Assembly: GCA_945903265.1 (NCBI GenBank)
Contig: CAMDNQ010000016.1
Location: forward strand, 6,075-70,074
DNA from: Candidatus Sulfopaludibacter sp. SbA3
GTDB taxonomy: Bacteria; Acidobacteriota; Vicinamibacteria; Vicinamibacterales; UBA2999
Length of the DNA: 64,000 bases
Direction: 5' to 3'
Below the pieces are notes generated by a model. That model saw nothing but the letters and a program-made list of their open reading frames with translations, was not told the origin of the DNA and did no database searches. Made by a program: the position numbers and the translations under genes. Shown piece after piece: positions 1 to 9,068 of this stretch (its first letter is position 1; each line of letters begins with the position of its first letter).

Positions 1-118
1 CGGTCCGGGTGACCTGCTGAGCTGAGGCGACCGTCGCAAACCCCGCGACAATGAGCGCCGTCAGCGCTGGTCGGCTAAGGAACCGCGTCAAGTGGTTCCG
101 GTAGATAGCGCAAATCAT
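1..118 (-). CDS. 5' end (partial) of a secreted/outer-membrane protein, possibly BamA by synteny
   Basis: ATG at 118-116 is preceded by GGAGGAG. It translates to MICAIYRNHLTRFLSRPALTALIVAGFATVASAQQ, which looks like a signal peptide. It lies directly downstream of rseP, as bamA does in the classical uppS-cdsA-rseP-bamA order. The ORF runs off the window. Confidence 0.35.
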   Translation of the reverse strand, partial: MICAIYRNHLTRFLSRPALTALIVAGFATVASAQQVTRT

Positions 119-149
119 AGGGAAACTCCTCCGTTGAGGTGTGGTTGCA

Positions 150-1469
150 CTAATTGCGCCAGGGCATGAGGTTCTCAATCCAGGCGATCCGCGTCAGATC
201 GTTATAGATGACCGTGACCATCAGCATCATCAGGAGCACAAACCCGGCGAGCAGCATCTTTTCCTTGACCGCCATGCTGAAGTCGCGGCGTGCGACGCCT
301 TCGATCGCCATGATCAGAATGTGACCACCGTCGAGCACCGGAATCGGCAGCAGGTTGAGCAGCCCGAGATTGAGGCTGATCGAGGCCATGAGCGTAAACA
401 GCGCGATCCAGCCCGCCTCCGCGGACTCCCCCGAGAGCTGGGCGATCGCGACCGGTCCCATCAGCTGGCGCGGCGACGTCTCGCCCACGAAGAGCCCGCC
501 CAGCGTCTTGAAAATGAGGCCGCTGAACTCGATGTTGCGCTCGACGCTCATCTGAATGGCTTCGAACGCATTCGGATCGAACCGGCGCGTCGGCTCGGTG
601 ACATACACGCCGAGCATGCCGCGTTCGCCCTGCTGCTCCGGCGTCGCATCGACATGCATCTCGGTCCCGTCGCGCTGAATCGTGAGATCGATCGCGCGGC
701 CGCCGTTCCGGGAAATCGCTTCGATGAGCTGCGTGCGGGTCACCATGCGCTCGCCATTGACCGCAAGGACGACGTCGCCGGCCTTCAAGCCGGCACGCTC
801 CGCCGGCTGGCCGGCAATCACTGAGGCGACGATCGGATTGATGTCGGGAAGCACGCCGATGTTGCCGATCTCGAACCGCGTCTGCGGCTCGGGCCGCACC
901 TGGACGGTGCGGGTCTGTCCGCCGCGCAGCAGCGTCATCGCGACGTCACGGTCGGCCCGCGTGCCGACGGCAAGGAACAGGTCGTCCCAGGTTTCAACCG
1001 GCTCGCCCGCGATCGAAAGGACTCGATCGCCCCGCTCGACCCCGGCGCGCGCCGCCGGCGAGCCTGGCGACACGGCGCCGACAACCGGCGGCTGATCCTG
1101 GTAGATCGGCACTTCCGCGCCCTGCGCGAGCACGACGGCCATCACGACGACCGCGAGGATGATGTTCATCGCCGGCCCCATGATCAGGATCTGGAACCGC
1201 TCCCACTTGGTCTTCGACAGGAACTCGTCGGGCTTGCCGGTGCGCGGATCGTCCGGATTCTCGCCCGCCATCTTCACGTATCCGCCGAGCGGAATCGCGC
1301 TGACGCAGTACTCCGTGTCGCCGCGGCGGAATTTGAGCAGCTTCGGGCCGAAGCCGAGCGAGAAGGTGAGCACGCGGACGCCGAGGCGGCGCGCGGCCAT
1401 GAAGTGACCGAGCTCATGCACGAACACCAGCACGCTAAGAACAAAGAGAAAGGCGAACAGCGTATTCAC
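150..1469 (-). CDS. rseP: RIP metalloprotease RseP (site-2 protease, M50)
   Basis: HELGHF zinc motif near the N-terminus, PDZ-like middle region and multiple TM segments. Follows dxr/cdsA/uppS in the conserved order. Confidence 0.9.
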   Translation of the reverse strand: MNTLFAFLFVLSVLVFVHELGHFMAARRLGVRVLTFSLGFGPKLLKFRRGDTEYCVSAIPLGGYVKMAGENPDDPRTGKPDEFLSKTKWERFQILIMGPAMNIILAVVVMAVVLAQGAEVPIYQDQPPVVGAVSPGSPAARAGVERGDRVLSIAGEPVETWDDLFLAVGTRADRDVAMTLLRGGQTRTVQVRPEPQTRFEIGNIGVLPDINPIVASVIAGQPAERAGLKAGDVVLAVNGERMVTRTQLIEAISRNGGRAIDLTIQRDGTEMHVDATPEQQGERGMLGVYVTEPTRRFDPNAFEAIQMSVERNIEFSGLIFKTLGGLFVGETSPRQLMGPVAIAQLSGESAEAGWIALFTLMASISLNLGLLNLLPIPVLDGGHILIMAIEGVARRDFSMAVKEKMLLAGFVLLMMLMVTVIYNDLTRIAWIENLMPWRN

Positions 1470-1479
1470 TGGGTCAATT

Positions 1480-2649
1480 CTAACTCCCGGGCTGCCGTAA
1501 CTCGCCGGCTACGGTCCGGGCGTGGGCGCGGGCCCACTCGTCGACGCGGCGCACGACATTGAGGGCCGAGACGTCTTCCTGCGTGTGCGCGTCGAGCGTC
1601 TGTTCAATGACGCAGGGAATGTCCATAAAGCCGAGCTTCCGGTCGAGAAATGCTTCCACCGCCACCTCGTTGGCGGCGTTCAGCGCCACGGGCGCCGTGC
1701 CGCCGGCCCGGAGCGCGCGATAGGCAAGACGCAGGCACGGAAACCGCTCGTCGGGCGGCGGCAGGAAATCGAGCCGGCCGGCGCGCGTCAGGTCGAGCGA
1801 CGGCAAGGACCCGCTCCAGCGCTCCGGATACGAACAGGCGTACTGAATCGGCAGCCGCATGTCGGTGACGCCCAGCTGCGCGAGGACCGACCCGTCAATC
1901 ATCTCCACCATCGAGTGCACGATCGACTGTGGATGAATGACGACGTCGATCTGATCGGCGCCGACGCCGAACAGCCAGCGTGCCTCGATGACCTCGAGCC
2001 CCTTGTTCATCATCGTGGCGGAGTCGATGGTGATCTTGCGGCCCATCTGCCACGTCGGATGGCGCAGCGCGGCATCCGGATCGACCAGCCGCAGCGCGGC
2101 GGCATCGTAGTCGCGGAACGGTCCGCCGGAGGCCGTGAGGATGAGGCGCCGGATCTCGGATGCCGGACGCCCGTGCAGGCACTGATGGATGGCGTTGTGC
2201 TCGCTGTCGACGGGCAGGATCGCCACACCGCGCCGGTGCGCGGCGTCCGTCACCAGCTGCCCGGCCATCACGAGCACTTCCTTGTTGGCGAGCGCGATGG
2301 TCTTCCAGGCTTCGATGGCGGCAAGCACCGCTTCGAGTCCCGCGGTCCCTGCGGACGCGCAGATCACGATGTCGGCGGCTGGATGCGTGGCGACCGCCAC
2401 GAGCCCTTCGGTGCCGGCCGACATCCGCGGTGCACCCGCGCCGCAGAGATCCTTGAGCCGATCGAGGCCGGCGCCGTTGGCCATCGCCACGACGTCGGGA
2501 CAGTACCGCGAGACCTGCTCGGCGAGCAGCGCCGCATTGTCGCCGGCGGCCAGCGATACGACCTTCAGGCGATCGGGATGCGCGTCCACGACCGCAAGCG
2601 CACTGCGGCCAATCGAGCCTGTCGATCCGAGAATGGCGACGCGTTTCAC
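1480..2649 (-). CDS. dxr: 1-deoxy-D-xylulose 5-phosphate reductoisomerase
   Basis: VAILGSTGSIG NADPH motif and full-length DXR-like sequence. I prefer the GTG start at 2649, one nt after the cdsA stop, over the longer track ORF starting at 2688. Confidence 0.92.
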   Translation of the reverse strand: MKRVAILGSTGSIGRSALAVVDAHPDRLKVVSLAAGDNAALLAEQVSRYCPDVVAMANGAGLDRLKDLCGAGAPRMSAGTEGLVAVATHPAADIVICASAGTAGLEAVLAAIEAWKTIALANKEVLVMAGQLVTDAAHRRGVAILPVDSEHNAIHQCLHGRPASEIRRLILTASGGPFRDYDAAALRLVDPDAALRHPTWQMGRKITIDSATMMNKGLEVIEARWLFGVGADQIDVVIHPQSIVHSMVEMIDGSVLAQLGVTDMRLPIQYACSYPERWSGSLPSLDLTRAGRLDFLPPPDERFPCLRLAYRALRAGGTAPVALNAANEVAVEAFLDRKLGFMDIPCVIEQTLDAHTQEDVSALNVVRRVDEWARAHARTVAGELRQPGS

Positions 2650-2650
2650 G

Positions 2651-3421
2651 TCAGGACAGCAGATACAGGTACAGAGGCGGTGTGGCAAACAGGAGCGCGT
2701 CGATCCGATCGAGCACGCCGCCGTGTCCCGGAATCAAGGACGAGCTGTCCTTTACGCCCGCAATCCGCTTCAACCGCGACTCGAAGAGATCGCCGCAGAT
2801 GCCGAGGATGACGACAGCGATGCCGACGAGCGCCAGCGGCACCAGCGAGGCGTCCGGCAGCAGGGCCCTGCCGGCAATCATCAGAAACGCCACGGCGCAG
2901 ACGACGCCCCCGAGTGCGCCCTCGACGGTCTTCTTCGGGCTGATCGTCGGGGCAAGCGGCCGGCGGCCAAACATGCGGCCGACGTAGTACTGCGAGGAGT
3001 CGCTGACCACCACCGTCGCGATGAGCAGTAAGGCCGCCATACGGCCGCCAACCGCGTGCACGGCGGCAAGCATCCCGAGCGGCATGCCGATGTACCACGG
3101 TGCGAGAAAGTGTGCGGCCGCGCGCTCGACGGTGAGGCCGCGCCATAACACCTCGAACGCGGCCCATCCCAGCATGATGAGCACGAGCGGCAGGAGGTCG
3201 CCGCGCTCGGGCGCGGACATCCACCAGCAGACGGCCACCACCAGGAGGAGGACGGGCCAGAAGAGCGGCGGCCTGCCGTCGCGGTGCAGGATCGTGAGGT
3301 ACTCGTGCGCCGCCAGCGCCGCCACCGCACAGGCGAGCAGGCGAACGCCGAGCGGGGGCGAATAGAAGATCGCGGCAAGGGCAGCGGCGCCGAGGACGAC
3401 CCCGCTGAGGAGGCGGGTCAT
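2651..3421 (-). CDS. cdsA: phosphatidate cytidylyltransferase
   Basis: SDSSQYYVGRMFGRRPLAPTISPKKTVEGALGG signature, polytopic membrane protein, conserved synteny. Confidence 0.9.
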   Translation of the reverse strand: MTRLLSGVVLGAAALAAIFYSPPLGVRLLACAVAALAAHEYLTILHRDGRPPLFWPVLLLVVAVCWWMSAPERGDLLPLVLIMLGWAAFEVLWRGLTVERAAAHFLAPWYIGMPLGMLAAVHAVGGRMAALLLIATVVVSDSSQYYVGRMFGRRPLAPTISPKKTVEGALGGVVCAVAFLMIAGRALLPDASLVPLALVGIAVVILGICGDLFESRLKRIAGVKDSSSLIPGHGGVLDRIDALLFATPPLYLYLLS

Positions 3422-3464
3422 CCTTCGACCCTGCTCAGGATGACCCTGAGTGCGAATCGAAGGG

Positions 3465-4256
3465 TCATTGCGCGCCGATGGCCGCGCGCGCGGGAGTGAT
3501 GCCGCCGTAGCGGCGCTCCCTCTTCTGGTACGCGAGCAGGGCCTCGAGCATGTGGCGCCGCCTGAAATCGGGCCACAGGGTATCGGTCACGTAGATTTCC
3601 GCGTACGCGATCTGCCACAGCAGGTAGTTGCTGACGCGCATCTCGCCGCTGGTGCGAATCAGCAGATCCGGATCGGGCTGGCCCGCGGTGTACAGGAACT
3701 GCGCGAACTGCTCCTCGTCGAGCGCTTCCGGTTTGATCCCGGACGCGATCGCCCGCCGCGCCGCGTCCACGATCTCCGCCCGGCCCCCGTAGTTGAGCGC
3801 GATGTTGAAGAGCATGCCCGTGTTGCCGGCCGTGCGATCGATCGCCAGATGGAGCTCCTGCTGAATATCGGGCGCCAGTTCGTCCATGCGCCCGATCACG
3901 CGGAAGCGGATGTCGTTTTTCAGGAGGGTCTCGAGCTCGGAACGGAGGTAGCGCTTCAGCAGCACCATCAGCGTGCTGACTTCCGTCACGGGACGCTTCC
4001 AGTTTTCGATGGAGAAGGCGTAGAGCGTGAGCACGTCGAGCCCGAGCCGCGCGCCGGTTTCGACCGTTTCGCGCACCGCGTCCGACCCGGCGCGGTGACC
4101 CTCGACGCGCGGCAGGTGCCGCTGCGCCGCCCACCGGCCATTGCCGTCCATGATGACGGCGATGTGGGCCGGGAGCCGATCGAAATTGACTTCCCGGGCG
4201 AGCGCTTCGTCGGAATGACCCGCCGGAATCACCGCCAGCAGACGCTCAAGACTCAC
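3465..4256 (-). CDS. uppS: isoprenyl transferase / undecaprenyl diphosphate synthase
   Basis: HIAVIMDGNGRWA and RTSGE.R.SN.LLWQ..YAE motifs. Confidence 0.93.
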   Translation of the reverse strand: MSLERLLAVIPAGHSDEALAREVNFDRLPAHIAVIMDGNGRWAAQRHLPRVEGHRAGSDAVRETVETGARLGLDVLTLYAFSIENWKRPVTEVSTLMVLLKRYLRSELETLLKNDIRFRVIGRMDELAPDIQQELHLAIDRTAGNTGMLFNIALNYGGRAEIVDAARRAIASGIKPEALDEEQFAQFLYTAGQPDPDLLIRTSGEMRVSNYLLWQIAYAEIYVTDTLWPDFRRRHMLEALLAYQKRERRYGGITPARAAIGAQ

Positions 4257-4261
4257 CGTCG

Positions 4262-5026
4262 CTAATCATATGTTACCGATACGAGGAACAACCCCTGCGG
4301 TGGGGCAGTCGGGCCTGCCTCCGCGCGGAGGCCACCATCCAGCAGGGCCGGCAGCGATTCGGGGGGCCGCCGCCGGCGCCCGACGTCGACAAGCGTCCCG
4401 GCAATCGCGCGAACCATATGGTGCAGGAAGCCGTTCGCCGTGACGTGATAGGTGATCAAGCCTGGTTGGTAGTTGATAGTTGGTAGTTCGTAGTCAGTGA
4501 GGATTTCGGAGCGCGTGACGGTGCGCGTCGTGTTCTTGATCGTCGTTCCGGCGCTCCGGAAGCAGGCAAAGTCATGCGTGCCCACTAATGTGGCCGCGGC
4601 CGCCTGCATCGCAGCGACATCGAGGCGATCGGTGACGTGCCACACGAACGGATACTCGAACGGACTCACGATCGGCGCGTTCCGGATGGCGTAGCGATAG
4701 GCTTTCGAGCTCGTGCTGAAGCGGGCATGAAACTCGGGGGCGGTCTCCTCGACCTGCATCACCCGGATATCCCGGGGAAGCATGGCGTTCAGTCCACGTA
4801 GCAGCTCGGCCGGCTCATGACCGCCGGCGAGCCGCGCGCTGGCCACCTGCCCGAGGGCGTGCACGCCGGTGTCGGTGCGGCCGGCGCCATGGACGGTCAC
4901 CGGCTGCCCTTCGAACCGCGCCAGCGCCTCTTCGACAAGCCCCTGGATCGACACACCCTCCGCCTGACGCTGCCACCCGACATAGCGGGTGCCGTCATAA
5001 GCGATGGTGAGCTTGATTGTGCGCAC
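4262..5026 (-). CDS. truA: tRNA pseudouridine(38-40) synthase TruA
   Basis: Contains IAYDGT.Y.GWQRQ, GRTD.GVHA (catalytic Asp) and FLHHMVR. GTG at 5026 (VRTIKL) is chosen because the longer track ORF overlaps pyrE. Confidence 0.9.
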   Translation of the reverse strand: MRTIKLTIAYDGTRYVGWQRQAEGVSIQGLVEEALARFEGQPVTVHGAGRTDTGVHALGQVASARLAGGHEPAELLRGLNAMLPRDIRVMQVEETAPEFHARFSTSSKAYRYAIRNAPIVSPFEYPFVWHVTDRLDVAAMQAAAATLVGTHDFACFRSAGTTIKNTTRTVTRSEILTDYELPTINYQPGLITYHVTANGFLHHMVRAIAGTLVDVGRRRRPPESLPALLDGGLRAEAGPTAPPQGLFLVSVTYD

Positions 5027-5078
5027 GGGCAGCAGTTCTGCGTTCCGGGTTCCGGGTGCCGGGTTCGTGTTCCCGGTT

Positions 5079-5648
5079 CTATGTTCGAGAGCCGGGTTTG
5101 ACGATCGGCTGTCCCGCCAGACAGAGAGGGCAGGTTTCCGGCTGATACGTCGGCAGGTCGATCGTGGCCAGGGCATGGAAGGGGACGTCGACCTTCTGCG
5201 TCCCGCCGCTCCGGTCGACAATCGCGCCCGCGCCGACCACCTCGGCGCCTGCTGCCCTCGCGACTTCGATCGTCTCGCGCGTCGATCCCCCGGTCGTGAC
5301 GACGTCCTCGATGACGATGAGGCGTTCGCCCGGCTGGATGGTGAAGCCTCGCCGCAGCGTCATCGCTCCGTCCTGGCGTTCGGCGAACATCGCGCGGACG
5401 CCGAGCGCCCGACCCACCTCCTGCCCAATGACGATGCCGCCTATCGCCGGCGAGAGCACCGCCTGGACGCGGTCTCCCCGAAAACGCCCGGCCAGCGCCG
5501 CGCCAAGCGCCTCGGCGTCCTGCGGGTGCTGCAGGACCAGGGCGGACTGCATGTAGCCGGAACTATGGGTCCCGGAAGTCAGGCGGAAATGTCCTTCGAG
5601 CAGCGCACCAGACCGGCGGAACCGGTCGATGACCGACTGTGCATCCAT
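5079..5648 (-). CDS. pyrE: orotate phosphoribosyltransferase
   Basis: PRPP-binding loop LIVIEDVVTTGGS and N-terminal LLEGHFRLTSG. Start set at MDAQSV (5648) to avoid start-codon overlap with the divergent TolC gene. Confidence 0.88.
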   Translation of the reverse strand: MDAQSVIDRFRRSGALLEGHFRLTSGTHSSGYMQSALVLQHPQDAEALGAALAGRFRGDRVQAVLSPAIGGIVIGQEVGRALGVRAMFAERQDGAMTLRRGFTIQPGERLIVIEDVVTTGGSTRETIEVARAAGAEVVGAGAIVDRSGGTQKVDVPFHALATIDLPTYQPETCPLCLAGQPIVKPGSRT

Positions 5649-5664
5649 ACGCCTAGTATTAATC

Positions 5665-7239
5665 ATGCGTATCCGTCTTCTTCACCTGGCCGCCACACTG
5701 ACCATCGTCTTTCTTGCCGCGACGCCGCCCCCGGCCGCCGCACAGTCGCTGGCGTTTCCGGCACCGGCGCCAGCGTCTCAAAGCGACACGACACGCCGGC
5801 TGACGCTGGAAGAGGCGGTCGCGCTGGCGCTCGAACACAACCTCGGTGTTCAGACGTCGCGCTTCGCACCGCAGATCGAGGATCTGGCGGTGGCGCAGGC
5901 GCTGGCGGCATGGCGGCCGACCGTGAACACCATCGTGGAGGCGAACGGAACCGATTCGCCCAATGTCAGTTTCCTGTCGGGCGCCCTTGGCGCCAGGACC
6001 AGTGACGGCCGCTTCAACACGAACGTCGGCGTCAGCCAGGCGCTTCCATGGGGCGGACACTATTCAATCGGCTGGGACAGCGTGCGGTCGACGACCACGA
6101 ATATCTTTTCGAATTTTTCGCCGCAGGTCCGTTCGTCGCTGGCGCTGAACTACCGGCAGCCGCTGCTTCGCGGCTTTTCCATCGACACCGCCCGCCAGCA
6201 GCTGCTGGTGAACCGCGTGAACCGCGAGGTGGCGGACGTCACGCTGCGCGACGCGATGGCCGCCACGACGCGCGCGGTCCGCTACGCGTACTGGGATCTG
6301 GTCTACGCAATCGCCGCGCTCGAAGTGCAGGGACAATCGCTCGAGCTCGCGAGGCAGTCGCTGCGGAATACGCGCGCACGGATCGACATCGGCACGACGG
6401 CCCCGGTCGACGCCATCGAATCGGAAGCGGAAGTGGCGTTGCGCGAGGAGGGCGCGATCGTGGCGCGTGCGCAGATCGCCACCGCCGAAGATCGCCTTCG
6501 GACGCTGATCTTCGACCCGTCGATGCCGGATTTCTGGACGCTGCGGATCGATCCGGTCTCACCGCCGGCCGCGATCGCCCGGCCGGTGGACCCGGACGCG
6601 GCGGTGCGGAACGCGCTCGCCGGCCGAACCGATGTCCAGCAGACCGTCAAGGCGCTCGAGACAGCCGACATCAACATGCGGTACTTCCGGAACCAGACGC
6701 TTCCCGACGTCACGGCGGCGGTCGACTACGGCGTGACGGGCCTCGGCGGTACGCAGTTCGTGCGCGGCGCCGGGTTTCCCGGTCCGGTGATCGGCCAGAG
6801 TCAACGCAGCTTTGGCAGCGTGCTGCAGGACCTCTTCGCCAACGACTTCCCCACCTGGACGGCGTCGGTGAGCGTGAGCTACCCGCTGGGCACGACGCCA
6901 CAGGAAGCGGGCCTCGCCCGCGCGCGGCTGGAGTACACCCAGTCGCAGACGCGGCTGCGCAGCCAGCAGCTGCAGGTTGTTGCGGAGGTGCGGCAGACCG
7001 TTCGCCAGCTCGCCACGAACCAGCAGCGGATGGAAACGACGCGTGTATCGCGCGAGGCGGCGGAGCGGCGTCTGCAGGCCGAAGAGCGGAAGCTGACGGC
7101 GGGCACGTCGACGAGCTTTTTCGTGTTCCAGGCCCAGCGCGACCTGGCGCAAGCGCGCAACACGGAGCTCCTCGCGCTCCTCGACTACAACCGATCGCTC
7201 GTCGACTTCGAGACGGTGCAGGAAACGCCGCTGCGTTAG
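5665..7239 (+). CDS. TolC-family outer membrane efflux protein
   Basis: Signal peptide MRIRLLHLAATLTIVFLAATPPPAAAQS, two repeated coiled-coil/beta-barrel halves and the typical LTLEEAV.LAL..N motif. Confidence 0.8.
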   Translation: MRIRLLHLAATLTIVFLAATPPPAAAQSLAFPAPAPASQSDTTRRLTLEEAVALALEHNLGVQTSRFAPQIEDLAVAQALAAWRPTVNTIVEANGTDSPNVSFLSGALGARTSDGRFNTNVGVSQALPWGGHYSIGWDSVRSTTTNIFSNFSPQVRSSLALNYRQPLLRGFSIDTARQQLLVNRVNREVADVTLRDAMAATTRAVRYAYWDLVYAIAALEVQGQSLELARQSLRNTRARIDIGTTAPVDAIESEAEVALREEGAIVARAQIATAEDRLRTLIFDPSMPDFWTLRIDPVSPPAAIARPVDPDAAVRNALAGRTDVQQTVKALETADINMRYFRNQTLPDVTAAVDYGVTGLGGTQFVRGAGFPGPVIGQSQRSFGSVLQDLFANDFPTWTASVSVSYPLGTTPQEAGLARARLEYTQSQTRLRSQQLQVVAEVRQTVRQLATNQQRMETTRVSREAAERRLQAEERKLTAGTSTSFFVFQAQRDLAQARNTELLALLDYNRSLVDFETVQETPLR

Positions 7240-7259
7240 GCGGACCTGAAGGTCCGCCT
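7238..7259 (+). terminator. stem-loop AGGCGGACC-tgaa-GGTCCGCCT immediately after the TolC stop
   Basis: Perfect 9-bp stem with a 4-nt loop overlapping the TAG stop. No U-tract follows, so intrinsic-terminator function is uncertain. Confidence 0.4.
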
Positions 7260-7273
7260 CTACACTTAAGCCT

Positions 7274-8026
7274 GTGCCGAAGCTCTCGGTCACGATCATC
7301 ACGCTCAACGAAGCGGACCACATCGCCGCGGCGATCGACAGCGCCTCCTGGGCCGACGAAATCCTCGTCGTCGATTCGAGGAGCACCGATGCGACGGTCG
7401 ACATTGCGCGAGGCAAAGGCGCCACGGTGCTGTCGCGCGACTGGTCAGGCTGGATCGACCAGAAGAACTTCGCGGCCGAGCGGGCCTCGCACGACTGGAT
7501 TTTCTCGCTGGATGCGGACGAGCGCATCACGCCGGCGCTCGCCGCGGAGATCAAAGCGCTTCTGGCCACCGAGCCCGCTCGGCGCGGCTACCGCATGCCG
7601 CGGGTGACGCATCACCTCGGACGCTGGATCCGGACCACCGACTTCTATCCCGACTACCAGACGCGCCTCTACGACCGCCGCGCGGCGCGGTGGCGCGGGA
7701 AGTACGTGCACGAATCTGTCTCAGTGGATGGCGGCGCCGGTCAGTTGCGGAGCGAGATCGAGCATTACTCCTACCGCGATCTCCGCGATCAGCTGGAGCG
7801 GATCAACCAGTACACGACGCTCGCGGCCAGACAGATGCACGAGTCGGGGCGCCGGGCTGGACTGCTCGATCTCATCGTCCATCCGCCCGCCGCGTTTCTG
7901 CGGAACTACGTCCTGCGTCGGGGGATCGTGGACGGTGCGGCTGGGCTCACGATTTCCGCGATGAACGCGTACTCGGTGTTCCTGAAGTTTGCGAAGCTGA
8001 GAGAGCTGCAGAGAAAGGGAGCCTAG
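7274..8026 (+). CDS. glycosyltransferase family 2
   Basis: LSVTIITLNE....I...I.S...ADEILVVDS.STD, the GT2 N-terminal DxD-type fold signature. Confidence 0.75.
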   Translation: MPKLSVTIITLNEADHIAAAIDSASWADEILVVDSRSTDATVDIARGKGATVLSRDWSGWIDQKNFAAERASHDWIFSLDADERITPALAAEIKALLATEPARRGYRMPRVTHHLGRWIRTTDFYPDYQTRLYDRRAARWRGKYVHESVSVDGGAGQLRSEIEHYSYRDLRDQLERINQYTTLAARQMHESGRRAGLLDLIVHPPAAFLRNYVLRRGIVDGAAGLTISAMNAYSVFLKFAKLRELQRKGA

Positions 8027-8028
8027 CG

Positions 8029-8175
8029 GAGAGGGCGGAGGGAACGGGACAGGATCACAGGAGGAACGGAGAAACGGAGGCGAACGGAGAATTTGTCGTA
8101 CCTACTTTCACTTCGTTCGGCTCCGCTCCTCCGTTGCTCCTGTGATCTTGTCCCGTTCCTCTCCGTACCCTCCAC
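8029..8175. repeat. long imperfect palindrome built from AACGGAG-type words
   Basis: Arms 8041-8089 and 8111-8159 are near-perfect reverse complements (GGAACGGGACAGGATCACAGGAGGAACGGAG... versus ...CTCCGTTGCTCCTGTGATCTTGTCCCGTTCC). Further pairing extends outward. Sits between convergent genes. Confidence 0.8.
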
Positions 8176-8188
8176 CGTATGGGGAGCG

Positions 8189-9067
8189 TCAGGCGGCCTT
8201 CCTCGGCCGGCAGAGCCCCCGTAGCGGACAGTGCGCGTCGCGCTGGGCCCGCCCGTAGCCGCAGGCGTTCATCATCCCGACGTGACAGAGCGAGAAGTCG
8301 TAGCGCACCGGGTCGCCGGGGTTGAGGGCGCGCAATGACGCCGTGATCTCGGCCGCCATCTTCCAGCCGGGACTCTTGTAGCGCGTCAGCCGGAGGCATC
8401 GGCCAAGCCGGATGACGTGCGTATCGAGCGGCACGATCAGCCGCGACGGCGAGACGCGCGTCCAGACGCCGAGATCGATCGCGTCCTTCCGCACCATCCA
8501 CCGCAGGAACAGGTTCATGCGCTTGCAGGCGCTGCCTGCCGATGGCCGCGGAAAGAAGTAGCAGACGCCGGCGCGCTTCGGGACACGGCCGTAGGCCGGC
8601 CGGAGGTCGATGTCGAGGGCGCGTGTCGAGAACGAATCGATGGCGGCGCTGATATCGGGCGCGGCCGGGTCATCGCCGGCCATGAAAAACGCTTCAATTG
8701 ATCCCGCCTCGCGCAGCATCCGCTGCATGACGAGCATCAGCGCCGCCAGATCCCGGCCCCGGATCCACCGATGCACCAGCGGGGCCAGCGCCGGCCCGTC
8801 TTTCGCCGGGTCGAAGCGTTTGACGAAGGCCGCGGGCCGTGGCCCCATCACCGCCAGCAGCGACTCGATGGAATGCAGCACGCTCGCGACACGCCCGAAC
8901 GCCAGCCCGGCGGCGCAGAGCCCGACGACTTCGCGGTCGGCCGGATCGGCATAGCGGCGAACGATATGGACAGGGTCGGAGGCGGACGTTTCGTGATCGA
9001 AGGTCGTATAAAGCTCTTCGAGCTTCGTGCTCAGGGCTCCCTCAGGAACTCCACGAACCCTAGGCAC
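8189..9067 (-). CDS. TIGR02757/DUF2400-family protein
   Basis: N-terminal LEELY.....E.....DPV.IV.RY..P.D.E..GL.AAGLAFG pattern recalled from the DUF2400 family. Function unknown. Confidence 0.55.
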   Translation of the reverse strand: MPRVRGVPEGALSTKLEELYTTFDHETSASDPVHIVRRYADPADREVVGLCAAGLAFGRVASVLHSIESLLAVMGPRPAAFVKRFDPAKDGPALAPLVHRWIRGRDLAALMLVMQRMLREAGSIEAFFMAGDDPAAPDISAAIDSFSTRALDIDLRPAYGRVPKRAGVCYFFPRPSAGSACKRMNLFLRWMVRKDAIDLGVWTRVSPSRLIVPLDTHVIRLGRCLRLTRYKSPGWKMAAEITASLRALNPGDPVRYDFSLCHVGMMNACGYGRAQRDAHCPLRGLCRPRKAA

Positions 9068-9068
9068 T

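Noticed and set aside
6048-7607. 519-aa ORF on the plus strand, and the 336-aa ORF at 6559-7569 on the minus strand
   Set aside because: These are alternative or antisense frames of the TolC-family and GT2 genes. They have Arg/Ala/Gly-rich low-complexity translations.
8029-8175. Possible CRISPR array (also considered at 26567-26658 and 40611-40692)
   Set aside because: The repeats are inverted arrays of 7-12-nt words with no unique spacers of regular length. No cas genes are present.
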